Below, one piece after another: positions 1 to 8,284 of a DNA stretch of 64,000 bases. Origin of the DNA: a virus. Under the pieces are notes generated by a model, which saw nothing but the letters and a program-made list of their open reading frames with translations, was not told the origin of the DNA and searched no databases. The DNA is taken from positions 2,916 through 66,915 of IMG/VR virus record IMGVR_UViG_3300047469_000054; one strand, written 5' to 3'. Position numbers and translations under genes: made by a program. How positions within the stretch are numbered: position 1 is the first letter of the stretch; each line of letters begins with the position of its first letter.

Positions 1-1
1 C

Positions 2-706
2 AAGCCGGGATCTGAGAACCTTAACTATACGACGATTGCCGCTCTCAGGGCCGCATTCAAGACGCCATTCAAAGACAAGCCAGATGCTTTCGTTCGCGGC
101 TATCTTAAGTCGCCAGAAAAGCTAGCAAATTACGTCTACGCTAATAAGCTGGGCAATACCGCCAAGGGCGATGGCTGGCTTTATCGCGGACGCGGGATGG
201 TGCAACTAACGTTCAAAGACAACTATGCAAAGTTCGGCCTTGCGGGCAATCCAGATGGCGCCATGCAGATTGATAATGCTGTTCGCATTATCGTTGATGG
301 CATGTTGCGCGGCTCATTCACTGGCTTGAAGTTGAAAGATTTTGGCGTTGATACGTTTGGTGCTGTTGGCGCGCGAGCAATTGTTAGTAGCGATAAGGCA
401 TCTCTAATTGCCACCTATTATAAGAGCTTTTATGATGCGCTTCAGTTCGCAAGCGCCAAGGGTGATGCCGCGCCAAAGGAAACGGAAACTGAGCTTTCCA
501 ACGACGCGAAGCCAGACGACGTTTCCGCATTCAAAAGCCCCATAGCCCAAGCCGTAATTGGTTCGGTCGGTTCGGGTGGCGCTCTTTCTGTCGTCGCTGG
601 AATTACGAATCCATATGCCTTTGTCTTCCTTGGCGTTGTCGTCGTTATCGGCGCGCTCTTTGCGTGGGGGTACTTCAGTGGTCGCATTAATTTCAAGCGT
701 ACTTAA
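2..706 (+). CDS. Endolysin, GH19 (chitinase/lysozyme-like) with C-terminal hydrophobic segments; 5' truncated by the window
   Basis: Frame is open from base 2: SENLNY...LANYVYANKLGN...GDGWLYRGRGMVQLT..DNY is the typical phage GH19 motif set; C-terminus YAFVFLGVVVVIGALFAWGYF is a TM-like segment. Confidence 0.85.
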   Translation, partial: KPGSENLNYTTIAALRAAFKTPFKDKPDAFVRGYLKSPEKLANYVYANKLGNTAKGDGWLYRGRGMVQLTFKDNYAKFGLAGNPDGAMQIDNAVRIIVDGMLRGSFTGLKLKDFGVDTFGAVGARAIVSSDKASLIATYYKSFYDALQFASAKGDAAPKETETELSNDAKPDDVSAFKSPIAQAVIGSVGSGGALSVVAGITNPYAFVFLGVVVVIGALFAWGYFSGRINFKRT

Positions 707-947
707 CGGCTTCACGGCCATTCCAGGCAAGATCAAGGCTTACGCTTTGATCGCCGCCACGGTCGCCGCAGCTCTATTTGCGGCCTACATTGAGGGGCGA
801 TCATCTGGAGCGAATAACGCAAAGAAAAAGGAAGCTGAGGATTCGCTAGATGCGTCTCGCAAAGCTAGGAAGGTGGAAAATGAGGTTGTCAGCAAAAGCC
901 CTGATGCTGTTAGGCGTGAGCTTGGCGATAAGTGGATGCGTGACTAG
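678..947 (+). CDS. Inner-membrane spanin (Rz-like)
   Basis: GTG start after a G-rich RBS; one N-terminal TM (AYALIAATVAAALFAAYI) followed by a charged helical domain; directly after the endolysin. Confidence 0.7.
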   Translation: MVALISSVLNGFTAIPGKIKAYALIAATVAAALFAAYIEGRSSGANNAKKKEAEDSLDASRKARKVENEVVSKSPDAVRRELGDKWMRD

Positions 948-1071
948 CGGAAACTATTGCGACGTTGCGCGGCCAACGTATATCAGCAAAACCGACGTCC
1001 TGACTGATGGAACGGCTAGTTCAATCTTGACGGAAAACATAAAATACGAACGCTTTTGCGGAAAGAAGTAA
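880..1071 (+). CDS. Outer-membrane spanin lipoprotein (Rz1-like), overlapping Rz
   Basis: MRLSAKALMLLGVSLAISG-C signal with lipobox; overlaps the 3' end of the Rz-like gene in another frame. Confidence 0.75.
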   Translation: MRLSAKALMLLGVSLAISGCVTSGNYCDVARPTYISKTDVLTDGTASSILTENIKYERFCGKK

Positions 1072-1072
1072 G

Positions 1073-1393
1073 ATGGAAGTCGGAATTTATATCTCTATAG
1101 CTGGCATCCTGATTACACTTGGAACAATCTTGGTGCGCATCACAATGAACGTCACTAAGGCGACTAATGATGTGGCCAAGGAAGCTACCGAGAAGGCGAA
1201 TAAGGTGTCAAACGATCTTGCCGCACACAAGCTTCATGTTTCAGAAAAGTACGTCTCTAAAGACGATATGCGGGAAGCTATGGCGCCAATGACTCACGCA
1301 CTTGAGGGCGTTAAGAGTTCCATGGATTCCATGGCTGGTCGAATTGATCGAGTCATTGAGCGCCAATCTCCTCCGCCGCGTACGCGAAGCTAG
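1073..1393 (+). CDS. Holin-like / lysis-cassette membrane protein
   Basis: Single N-terminal TM plus coiled coil; position in the lysis cassette. Confidence 0.45.
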   Translation: MEVGIYISIAGILITLGTILVRITMNVTKATNDVAKEATEKANKVSNDLAAHKLHVSEKYVSKDDMREAMAPMTHALEGVKSSMDSMAGRIDRVIERQSPPPRTRS

Positions 1394-1406
1394 AAGGAAA
1401 CACAAT

Positions 1407-2663
1407 ATGAGCAAAAATACACCGCGCACAAAAGAAGAGCTTCTAGAAGATGTAGCGGCCTATGAAGAGCACGGCACATACCGCAAGGCTGCTGAGGCTA
1501 TAGGCGTTGCCTGCTCGACATTCAGCGACCGCATGAAGCGCGCTGGCGAGCTTGGACTACTCGGAACCGATCCGGTTATTCATGGTTTTCGCATTAGCCG
1601 CGTATCGACGCAGGAAGATGAAACCGGCCATACGGTCAAGCGCTACATTCAGCAAAAACCAGAGCTTGGAGACAAGTTCGAGCAGCCGGAAGGCCACAGC
1701 GTCAAGGGCGTATCGGCGCTAGTCGATGCTGACGGTCGCGTTATCCAGAAGTGGATTAAGACGCGTAATGAATACAGCGCAGAGCAGATTACAGATATGC
1801 TCAAAGCTGCATATGAGGCTGGAGAGTTTGACTTTGTAAGGCCAGTAACGCCGCGATATAATGTCGAGGCATGGGATAAGTTCGAAGATGACAAGCTAAC
1901 GTTATACCCCCTGGCTGATTTCCATCTTGGCTTGTTCTCATGGGGCAAGGAAACCGGCCTTAATTGGGATCTTAAGATAGCCGAAGAGAAGATTGGCGAA
2001 ACCCTAGAAGAAGTCTTCAAGCGCTCTCCGCGAAGCCGTGAGGGTATCGTGCTTGGCGGTGGCGATCTTCTGCACAGCGACACCAACGAGAACAAGACAG
2101 CCAAGAGCGGCAACGCTCTTCAGGTTGATGGGCGGTATCAAAAGATCCTGTTCGCCGCCTGTCGCCTGATGGTCAAGGCAACTGAGCTTGCATTGCACAA
2201 GCATGAGAAAGTTACGGTTCGCATCCTTCAGGGCAATCATGATGAGCATTCATCGTTCGCCGTGGCATATTTCCTGCTTGCTTGGTTTCGAAATGAGCCG
2301 CGCGTGACCATTGATTGCTCTCCATCAATTTACTTCTGGTATGAGTTTGGCAAGGTGCTTATTGGCGCGGCACATGGTCATACGGTGAAAATGAATCTTA
2401 TGCCGCAGATCATGGCTAGCATCATGTCTGAGGCGTGGGGGCGCACGCTGCATCGTTATGTCCACGGATTCCACATTCACCATAAGAGTCAGTACGTGAG
2501 CGAAGGCGGCGGCGTCATCTGCGAATCGCACCAGACGCCAACGGCCAAGGATGCTTGGCATGCGTTCGCAGGTTACTTGTCTGGTCGATCTATCCAGTCC
2601 ATTACCTATCACGCACTATATGGCGAAATCAGCCGCGTACGGGTAGCTCTGCTGGACGCATAA
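1407..2663 (+). CDS. N-terminal HTH plus calcineurin-like metallophosphoesterase
   Basis: Motifs DFHLG, GGDLLH, GNHD, AHGH, GFHIHH; N-terminal TYRKAAEAIGVACSTFSDR is HTH-like; RBS AAGGA before ATG 1407. Confidence 0.75.
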   Translation: MSKNTPRTKEELLEDVAAYEEHGTYRKAAEAIGVACSTFSDRMKRAGELGLLGTDPVIHGFRISRVSTQEDETGHTVKRYIQQKPELGDKFEQPEGHSVKGVSALVDADGRVIQKWIKTRNEYSAEQITDMLKAAYEAGEFDFVRPVTPRYNVEAWDKFEDDKLTLYPLADFHLGLFSWGKETGLNWDLKIAEEKIGETLEEVFKRSPRSREGIVLGGGDLLHSDTNENKTAKSGNALQVDGRYQKILFAACRLMVKATELALHKHEKVTVRILQGNHDEHSSFAVAYFLLAWFRNEPRVTIDCSPSIYFWYEFGKVLIGAAHGHTVKMNLMPQIMASIMSEAWGRTLHRYVHGFHIHHKSQYVSEGGGVICESHQTPTAKDAWHAFAGYLSGRSIQSITYHALYGEISRVRVALLDA

Positions 2664-2666
2664 GAT

Positions 2667-2692
2667 AAAGCGGCGCGAATGCCGCTTTCTTC
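2667..2692 (+). terminator. Rho-independent terminator
   Basis: AAAGCGGC-gcgaat-GCCGCTTT followed by a T-rich tract. Confidence 0.6.
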
Positions 2693-2721
2693 TTGACTAG
2701 CCGTAATGGGTGAGATAGATA
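2693..2721 (+). promoter_or_regulatory. sigma70-type promoter
   Basis: TTGACT-17 bp-TAGATA upstream of AAGGAG RBS and ORF 2753. Confidence 0.55.
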
Positions 2722-2752
2722 TTGGGCAAATACAGACAAGGAGACTAAAGTT

Positions 2753-3022
2753 ATGCAGGGAAAATGGGAGCGACAAACGCATCGACATAGCTGTGGAGAG
2801 AACTATCGCGTCGGCAAGATCATTGTTGGTTCGGCCTATTACTCTTCCACAACGCGCGGAGATCCACTAAAATATGCCGTAACAATAGATCTTCCAGGAA
2901 TAAAGAACCCTGACGATAGATACGCCGACATAGAGCCAGCGAAGGCTCGTCTAGAGCGTGCCGTTGCCGTTTGGTTTCGGTGGATTGCCGAAGAGAAGAT
3001 AGCAGACAAGGAGACATCATGA
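2753..3022 (+). CDS. Hypothetical protein
   Basis: AAGGAG RBS; coupled to the next ORF. Confidence 0.6.
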   Translation: MQGKWERQTHRHSCGENYRVGKIIVGSAYYSSTTRGDPLKYAVTIDLPGIKNPDDRYADIEPAKARLERAVAVWFRWIAEEKIADKETS

Positions 3023-3519
3023 CAAGCTACCTAAAGATTGAAGCATTCCGCGCGCTGGCCTATGCTGAAGCATTCCTTTCCGAGTATGAATCGGTGAAGA
3101 ATTCAGTTATTGCGGCAGATAAAGCCAAGGTGGATATTTTCCAGAAAAATGCCTTTGAGCATATTCTCCAAGAAGTCGCAACCGGAGAAAAGGTTAGATT
3201 CCTCCTCGTCTTTATGCGCAAGCCAAGCGTTGCCGAAGCATCGCGCCGCGTTAGCGAGCGTATCGATGAAATGAGAAACGATGCGAATAACCATACTTGG
3301 CTGTTCAAAGATCAACGTCGCCATCGATATGCTGGCTATGGCGCCATTTGGCATCATCCACGGAAATGGCCCGGAGATTTTCCATATTGGCTACGCAATA
3401 CAGCTTGCACCTTGCGCGATGCTGGAAGGTCCGGCGTTGACGTATGCATGGCCGTTGATTCCGACGAATTCAAGGTTTTCAAATGGATCGTGAGGAAGCA
3501 AGACGGCAATGCGGAATAA
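3019..3519 (+). CDS. Hypothetical protein
   Basis: AAGGAG RBS; ATGA overlap with the upstream gene. Confidence 0.6.
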   Translation: MTSYLKIEAFRALAYAEAFLSEYESVKNSVIAADKAKVDIFQKNAFEHILQEVATGEKVRFLLVFMRKPSVAEASRRVSERIDEMRNDANNHTWLFKDQRRHRYAGYGAIWHHPRKWPGDFPYWLRNTACTLRDAGRSGVDVCMAVDSDEFKVFKWIVRKQDGNAE

Positions 3520-3973
3520 CATTTTCATGGATACATTTTGCGAGCTTGACCGGCTGCCAAATGACGACCTTGAAGACAGGCGTCGGTGCAATATCTTTTC
3601 GGCGCTATCAGGGGTGGCGGAGATGGACGGTTATGTCTATATCGCGACACCATACACAAAGTATCCATACGGTCAGCATAAGGCCGCTACGGTTGCCGCT
3701 TTCGCAACGGCGGAGCTTATGCGTGGTGGTATTCGCGCATTCTCCCCTATCGTGCATGGCCATCAGATTGCTAAGCATGGGTTCGATCCGCTTGACGTTG
3801 ATTTCTGGATTAGCGCCAATGCTGGATTCCTATATGCAGCTAGTGCCTGTATTGTCGTCAAGATGAAGGGCTGGCAAGAGAGCAAGGGGATCGCCGCCGA
3901 AATCGAACACTTCTTGACAGCCGGTAAACCGATAGTCTATATTGGCGATGAAATCATAGGAGGCATTGAGTAA
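3509..3973 (+). CDS. DUF1937-like protein (nucleoside deoxyribosyltransferase-like fold)
   Basis: YIATPYT...FSPIVHGH...GWQESKGIAAEI pattern. Confidence 0.65.
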   Translation: MRNNIFMDTFCELDRLPNDDLEDRRRCNIFSALSGVAEMDGYVYIATPYTKYPYGQHKAATVAAFATAELMRGGIRAFSPIVHGHQIAKHGFDPLDVDFWISANAGFLYAASACIVVKMKGWQESKGIAAEIEHFLTAGKPIVYIGDEIIGGIE

Positions 3974-4246
3974 TGATGGATACAATTGTTAAAGTTTCGC
4001 TTTATTTTATTTTTGGTGTCATCGTGACTATCGCATTTTTATCTGCTGGCGGGCAGCTGATAGAATGGTAGTATTTTGGAAGCGTTGGCGCCGATCTTCA
4101 GACACATACGTTAATGCGATGCCAACGGCGCTTGAACTTGCCGCCAAGGTGAAGGATCTTGTGTTTGACCGATCCGCGCCAACTGAATCGGAGCAACTGA
4201 CGGCGGCATATCACATCATTGCCTTGGAGAGCATAAGGAAAAACAG

Positions 4247-4462
4247 ATGCAAAAAATGATCGAATCACTTCGCCGTCATTGGCGAATTTCACAGATCGCC
4301 TATGAGATCAAACGCCAAACGAAATGGCGGCCAACGCTGAAGCAGCAATATCAATATTGCTCTGCTATTTATGACAACTGGTTGCAGTACGAATCGAAAT
4401 GGGATGATGGATTTGACGCTTCCGCTATCGCGGCGGAGGAGATTTCATGTTGGGAGTATTGA
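4247..4462 (+). CDS. Hypothetical protein
   Basis: AAGGA RBS; packed in the operon. Confidence 0.5.
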   Translation: MQKMIESLRRHWRISQIAYEIKRQTKWRPTLKQQYQYCSAIYDNWLQYESKWDDGFDASAIAAEEISCWEY

Positions 4463-4467
4463 CGTTG

Positions 4468-4941
4468 ATGGAAGATAAGAAGGATCGCGATTTTCTTGAC
4501 AAGATCGCAACTACGGAGCATGGCGAATATATGGACGCTGTGAAAAAACTTGTCGGTGAAGGAAATATTTCCCCAAATTATGGCCGTGATCTTATTGAGG
4601 CCGATCCGCCTCTTACGTCCGGCGTAGGTGCACTCAGGAACATCAAGCATGACGGCTTGCCTGTAGCGGGATACGCTAAGTCTGTATCCGATGAAGCGTT
4701 GCAGTTGGTCAACGAAGGCAAGGGACTGCAAGAACGAGTTTTGCGCTATTTGGATAAGCTGACTGCGTTACAGAACGTAAATGGAGCAGGGCACTTCGTA
4801 AGCGTGCCAAAACCACGTTACGATGGGCGCGCTCTTGCGATCGCCCGCACGCATATCGAAACAGCATTCACCTTTGCCGCACGGGCAGTATTCCAGCCCG
4901 AAGGCATTCCGCGAATCAAACTACCGGAGGACACCAATTGA
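4468..4941 (+). CDS. acb2: Acb2-like cyclic-oligonucleotide sponge (anti-CBASS) with N-terminal extension
   Basis: C-terminal ~90 aa VAGYAKSVSDEALQLVNEGK...GRALAIARTHIETAFTFAARAVFQP matches the Acb2 pattern GY..LS.E....N..K...RWLAI..T..Q...M...RA..QP. Confidence 0.7.
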   Translation: MEDKKDRDFLDKIATTEHGEYMDAVKKLVGEGNISPNYGRDLIEADPPLTSGVGALRNIKHDGLPVAGYAKSVSDEALQLVNEGKGLQERVLRYLDKLTALQNVNGAGHFVSVPKPRYDGRALAIARTHIETAFTFAARAVFQPEGIPRIKLPEDTN

Positions 4942-5531
4942 TGGAACCAAGAATAATCGGCCTTACGGGTCGCCGCAATGTTGGCAAGAGCACTGCCGCT
5001 GACATTCTGGTGAAGCATTTTGGATATCGCAAGATCCATGTATTTGAAGGCGGCAAGGCCGCTGCTTATGCATGGTTCCTGTATGTCACTGGCGACTCTG
5101 ATGAAGCGGCGCGAATGGTCAATGGCGACCTGAAGGACAAGCCGCATCCACTATTACCGTTGACACTAAGCCGTCGCGGCGAAGAGCATGCAAGTCCGCG
5201 CTATTTCATGGAGCATTTCGGCCATTTCATGCGCTTCACAATGGGCGTTGAGTGGACGCTTGGAATGGAGGTGGAGCGCGCTAAGCGGCTGTATGGCGAC
5301 AATGTTAAGTTGGTGTTTGAGTCTGTTGTATATGAGAATGAAAATTTCAAGGAGCTTGGCGGAGTGCTGGTAAGGCTGCTGCGCCCTGGTTTCGTCAGCC
5401 CTGAAGGCGTAAGCAGTGACGCTCATGCGGACAAGATTGTGCCGCACTTCACATTGAAATCGAAAAACACTAAAACGCTTGAAAAAAATATATTCGCATT
5501 AATGAGCTTTCTACAGCGCCAAGAGGAATAG
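4938..5531 (+). CDS. Deoxynucleoside monophosphate kinase
   Basis: IIGLTGRRNVGKSTAA P-loop; KD.P...SPRYFMEHFG segment typical of phage dNMP kinases. Confidence 0.75.
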   Translation: MMEPRIIGLTGRRNVGKSTAADILVKHFGYRKIHVFEGGKAAAYAWFLYVTGDSDEAARMVNGDLKDKPHPLLPLTLSRRGEEHASPRYFMEHFGHFMRFTMGVEWTLGMEVERAKRLYGDNVKLVFESVVYENENFKELGGVLVRLLRPGFVSPEGVSSDAHADKIVPHFTLKSKNTKTLEKNIFALMSFLQRQEE

Positions 5532-5556
5532 AAAAGAGGGGCGAAAGCCCCTCTGG
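5532..5556. terminator. Terminator between convergent genes (U-tract on the minus strand)
   Basis: AAAAGAGGGGC-gaaa-GCCCCTCT. Confidence 0.7.
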
Positions 5557-5733
5557 TCAATATCCTGAAATTCGATCATTAAGCAGACTTCGCTTCTGCC
5601 TACGGCGCGCATCCCTTGTCTTGCGATCATCAAGCTTGCGCTTGGCATTCGCATTTCTGTCAGCCTTGTGCATAGGCTCATCAGAGCCAACGGAGCTACG
5701 GTCGAAATCGTCTGCTGTAATTTTGTAAGACAT
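5557..5733 (-). CDS. Small basic protein (58 aa), the only credible minus-strand gene
   Basis: GAGGA RBS; own promoter at 5814-5786; own terminator at 5532-5556. Confidence 0.6.
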   Translation of the reverse strand: MSYKITADDFDRSSVGSDEPMHKADRNANAKRKLDDRKTRDARRRQKRSLLNDRISGY

Positions 5734-5785
5734 GTCAATCCTCATTGGTTTGTCTTATTGTCGCCCGCTCTATTGCGGTAAGTAA

Positions 5786-5814
5786 TGTGTAGCAATATAT
5801 GCGCTATTGGTCAA
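5786..5814 (-). promoter_or_regulatory. sigma70-type promoter for the minus-strand gene
   Basis: TTGACC-17 bp-TACACA; same -10 as the promoters at 24146 and 29437. Confidence 0.6.
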
Positions 5815-5894
5815 TGTCTAGGTAGTAAAATAATTGCCGTTGATGAAAATAGATATCAAGCCCATCTTTTGGATGGATAACAAAGGAGAGGCTA

Positions 5895-6140
5895 ATGGCT
5901 AAGAGAGTTCCATATTTGCGAATTGGCGGCGCTGTGGAGAATTGGGCAATGCGCACCAAATACGATACGAAGATTACCGCAGCTACATGGGAGCGTAAGT
6001 TCATGGCGCGCGGTCTAGTGGCTGCTGTTATCGTCGGCTCTGCTGTAGCCTTTCCCGTTGCCGCCGTCATCACGGTAGCCGTAGCGGCTGCTAGCATTGG
6101 CTTCTATCATTACCTTAATCGAGACCTGAAAGGCGAATAA
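5895..6140 (+). CDS. Membrane protein
   Basis: AAGGAG RBS; hydrophobic C-terminal half. Confidence 0.6.
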   Translation: MAKRVPYLRIGGAVENWAMRTKYDTKITAATWERKFMARGLVAAVIVGSAVAFPVAAVITVAVAAASIGFYHYLNRDLKGE

Positions 6141-6141
6141 T

Positions 6142-6408
6142 ATGGCTGAAAAGAAAGAGTGGTCACTCAAGGATTTACCAAAGGCGCTACAGCCGGTAGG
6201 GGCGATATTGCTGCTTACGGCGATAGCGCTTATCGTGATATTCACGGCCATCGTTGTCTTGATTGTGGCGACTGGCGAGCAGCTATGGAAAGCATTGCTA
6301 GGCGTAATTAGTGAGCTTAACAACACGTTCACTAAGGACATCATTCCAACGGCAAAAGCGGTATTTCCTGGCATCTGGTCTTACATCACCTTGCGAGGCG
6401 GTAAGTAA
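6142..6408 (+). CDS. Membrane protein
   Basis: One long TM segment; coupled to the next gene. Confidence 0.6.
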   Translation: MAEKKEWSLKDLPKALQPVGAILLLTAIALIVIFTAIVVLIVATGEQLWKALLGVISELNNTFTKDIIPTAKAVFPGIWSYITLRGGK

Positions 6409-7169
6409 TGGGCGTTCTCGAAAACCTAAAATCAAGCGAAGATACGCTAGCGCCCGTCGTATTGATGTATGGTATTGACGGCATTGGGAAGAGCACGCTT
6501 GCTAGCGAGTTTCCAGATGCGATCTACTTTCACACTCCAGGCGAGCGCATGCCCACGGGAATTAAGGTTCCTAGCTTTCCGGTGAAGAACTACCTTGATC
6601 TTTATGATGGCCTGAAAGAGCTTCGCGACGAACGTCATGATTTCAAGTGGGCAATTATCGACGCGCTTGATGGTTTTGAGCCCATGGTGTGGACCGAGAC
6701 TTGTTATCGCATCAATCAACCGTCCATTGAAAAGCTTGGCTTTGGCAAGGGATACGTTGAAGCAGATAAGGAATGGGTGGAAATCCTAGACCTTATCGTT
6801 GATCTTCAGGCGGCTGGCATGGGGGTGTTGATCTTGGCGCATCCATCAATCGAGCGCTTTGAGTCGCCGCTATCTGAGCCGTATAACCGGTATACAATCA
6901 AGATCCACAAGCGCGCTAATGCTCTTGTTCGTGAGCGCGCCGACATTATCGCGTTCATGAATTCCAAGGTTCGCATGAAGAAGACCGAAATGCGCGGCGG
7001 ACAAGAGGCTGTACGAGCTGAAGGCAAGGAACGAGAAATCCTGCTGACGCCATCGCCAGCGTATGACGCGAAGAATCGCTACGACATGCCCGATTCTATC
7101 ACCTTCAAAAAGGGTGATGGCTTTAATCAGCTTTCGAAATACTTTCCGCCTGCTTTGGGCGTTGAGTGA
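6408..7169 (+). CDS. Sak4-like AAA ATPase (phage recombinase family)
   Basis: YGIDGIGKST Walker A, IIDALD Walker B, GFGKGY, LILAH, AKNRY motifs. Confidence 0.8.
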   Translation: MGVLENLKSSEDTLAPVVLMYGIDGIGKSTLASEFPDAIYFHTPGERMPTGIKVPSFPVKNYLDLYDGLKELRDERHDFKWAIIDALDGFEPMVWTETCYRINQPSIEKLGFGKGYVEADKEWVEILDLIVDLQAAGMGVLILAHPSIERFESPLSEPYNRYTIKIHKRANALVRERADIIAFMNSKVRMKKTEMRGGQEAVRAEGKEREILLTPSPAYDAKNRYDMPDSITFKKGDGFNQLSKYFPPALGVE

Positions 7170-7236
7170 CGGTTGACGCTGGCGTTAGTCAGTCCAACTA
7201 TTGAGTTACCGCAGTTAAATCAAAGGAGAATACTGA

Positions 7237-8031
7237 ATGGCTAGCCTAGGCCGGAAATACAAGCATGGCGACCACGACACTACGCAGCGGGGCGGCACGC
7301 TCCAGTACGGCAACTATCTTGGTGTGCTGGCTGAAACGGATATCAAGGATAACAGCCACAGCACTGGTCGGCTTTTCGTAGCTGAATTCCAGATCGTTGA
7401 GCCTGAATCATTCAATCGTCGCAAGATTTTCCTTAACGTGAATATTGAGCATGAAAAGCCTGACGTTCAGAAAATTGGTGAGGAAGAATTTGCGAAGATC
7501 ATGAAGGCCGCTGGCATTCCAGACGACCAAGAGATTGAAGAGACTGAAGAGCTTGAGGGGCGCGAGTTCGTCGTTACTGCCGGTCCAGATCCAAAGGACC
7601 CGGCGCGCACGAAGATTTTCCGCTACTTCTATCCTGAAGATGATCAGCCGGAACTTGGCCCGATCAAGCAGGGTTCGCCCGCTCGCGGTCGCCGTGATGA
7701 ACCGGAACGCGGTCGCCGCGAAGAGCGCAGCCGTGAGCCTTCGCGCAATGAACGCACTCGCGAACCAAGCCGCGATACTAGCCGTGGGCGCGATGACGGG
7801 CGCGATAGCGATCGTAGCCGCAGCCGTGATCGCGAAGAGCCACGCGGTCGGAGCGGGCGCGATACGGGCCGCGAAGAGCGCGGGGTTGAGGATGACGATA
7901 TCCCTTTTGACCGTAGCCGCGAAGAGCGCGGCGGTAAGGGTGGCCGCGATGACGAAGTGCGTAGCACGCATGGCGGCGATGAAGCCCGCTCTACGAAGCC
8001 TTGGGCGAATGGCCGCAAGCCCACTCGTTAA
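7237..8031 (+). CDS. DUF669-like ssDNA-binding protein with long R/E/D-rich disordered tail
   Basis: Follows Sak4; OB-like N-terminus (GNY.G...E.D.K...G......F.IVE); internal DDDIPF. Confidence 0.7.
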   Translation: MASLGRKYKHGDHDTTQRGGTLQYGNYLGVLAETDIKDNSHSTGRLFVAEFQIVEPESFNRRKIFLNVNIEHEKPDVQKIGEEEFAKIMKAAGIPDDQEIEETEELEGREFVVTAGPDPKDPARTKIFRYFYPEDDQPELGPIKQGSPARGRRDEPERGRREERSREPSRNERTREPSRDTSRGRDDGRDSDRSRSRDREEPRGRSGRDTGREERGVEDDDIPFDRSREERGGKGGRDDEVRSTHGGDEARSTKPWANGRKPTR

Positions 8032-8051
8032 GAACATGGCATAAACTCAAT

Positions 8052-8082
8052 GGGCGGGCGCTAATGCTCGCCTTTTCTTTTT
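8052..8082 (+). terminator. Rho-independent terminator
   Basis: GGCGGGC-gctaat-GCTCGCC followed by TTTTCTTTT. Confidence 0.55.
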
Positions 8083-8284
8083 GGAAGGAAAATGCGGTGA
8101 AGATAATTGGCAGAGATAATTATGGTCGCGAATCGGTAGCTGATTTTCTTGTTTGCGAAAACGTTGCAAATGAGTTCGTTGGTAATATTATGATTGATGC
8201 ACTTAACGCTAACACACAAGGCCTATTCTATTCCTTGCAACCGGACGATTATAAGCTGTGGCGCGGTATGGAGGAGTTTATTTA

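Noticed and set aside
7408-8044. Long alternative-frame and antisense ORFs over the SSB tail (similar ones over the capsid, collagen-like and tape measure genes)
   Set aside because: Shadow ORFs caused by GC-rich, low-complexity coding; no RBS or promoter
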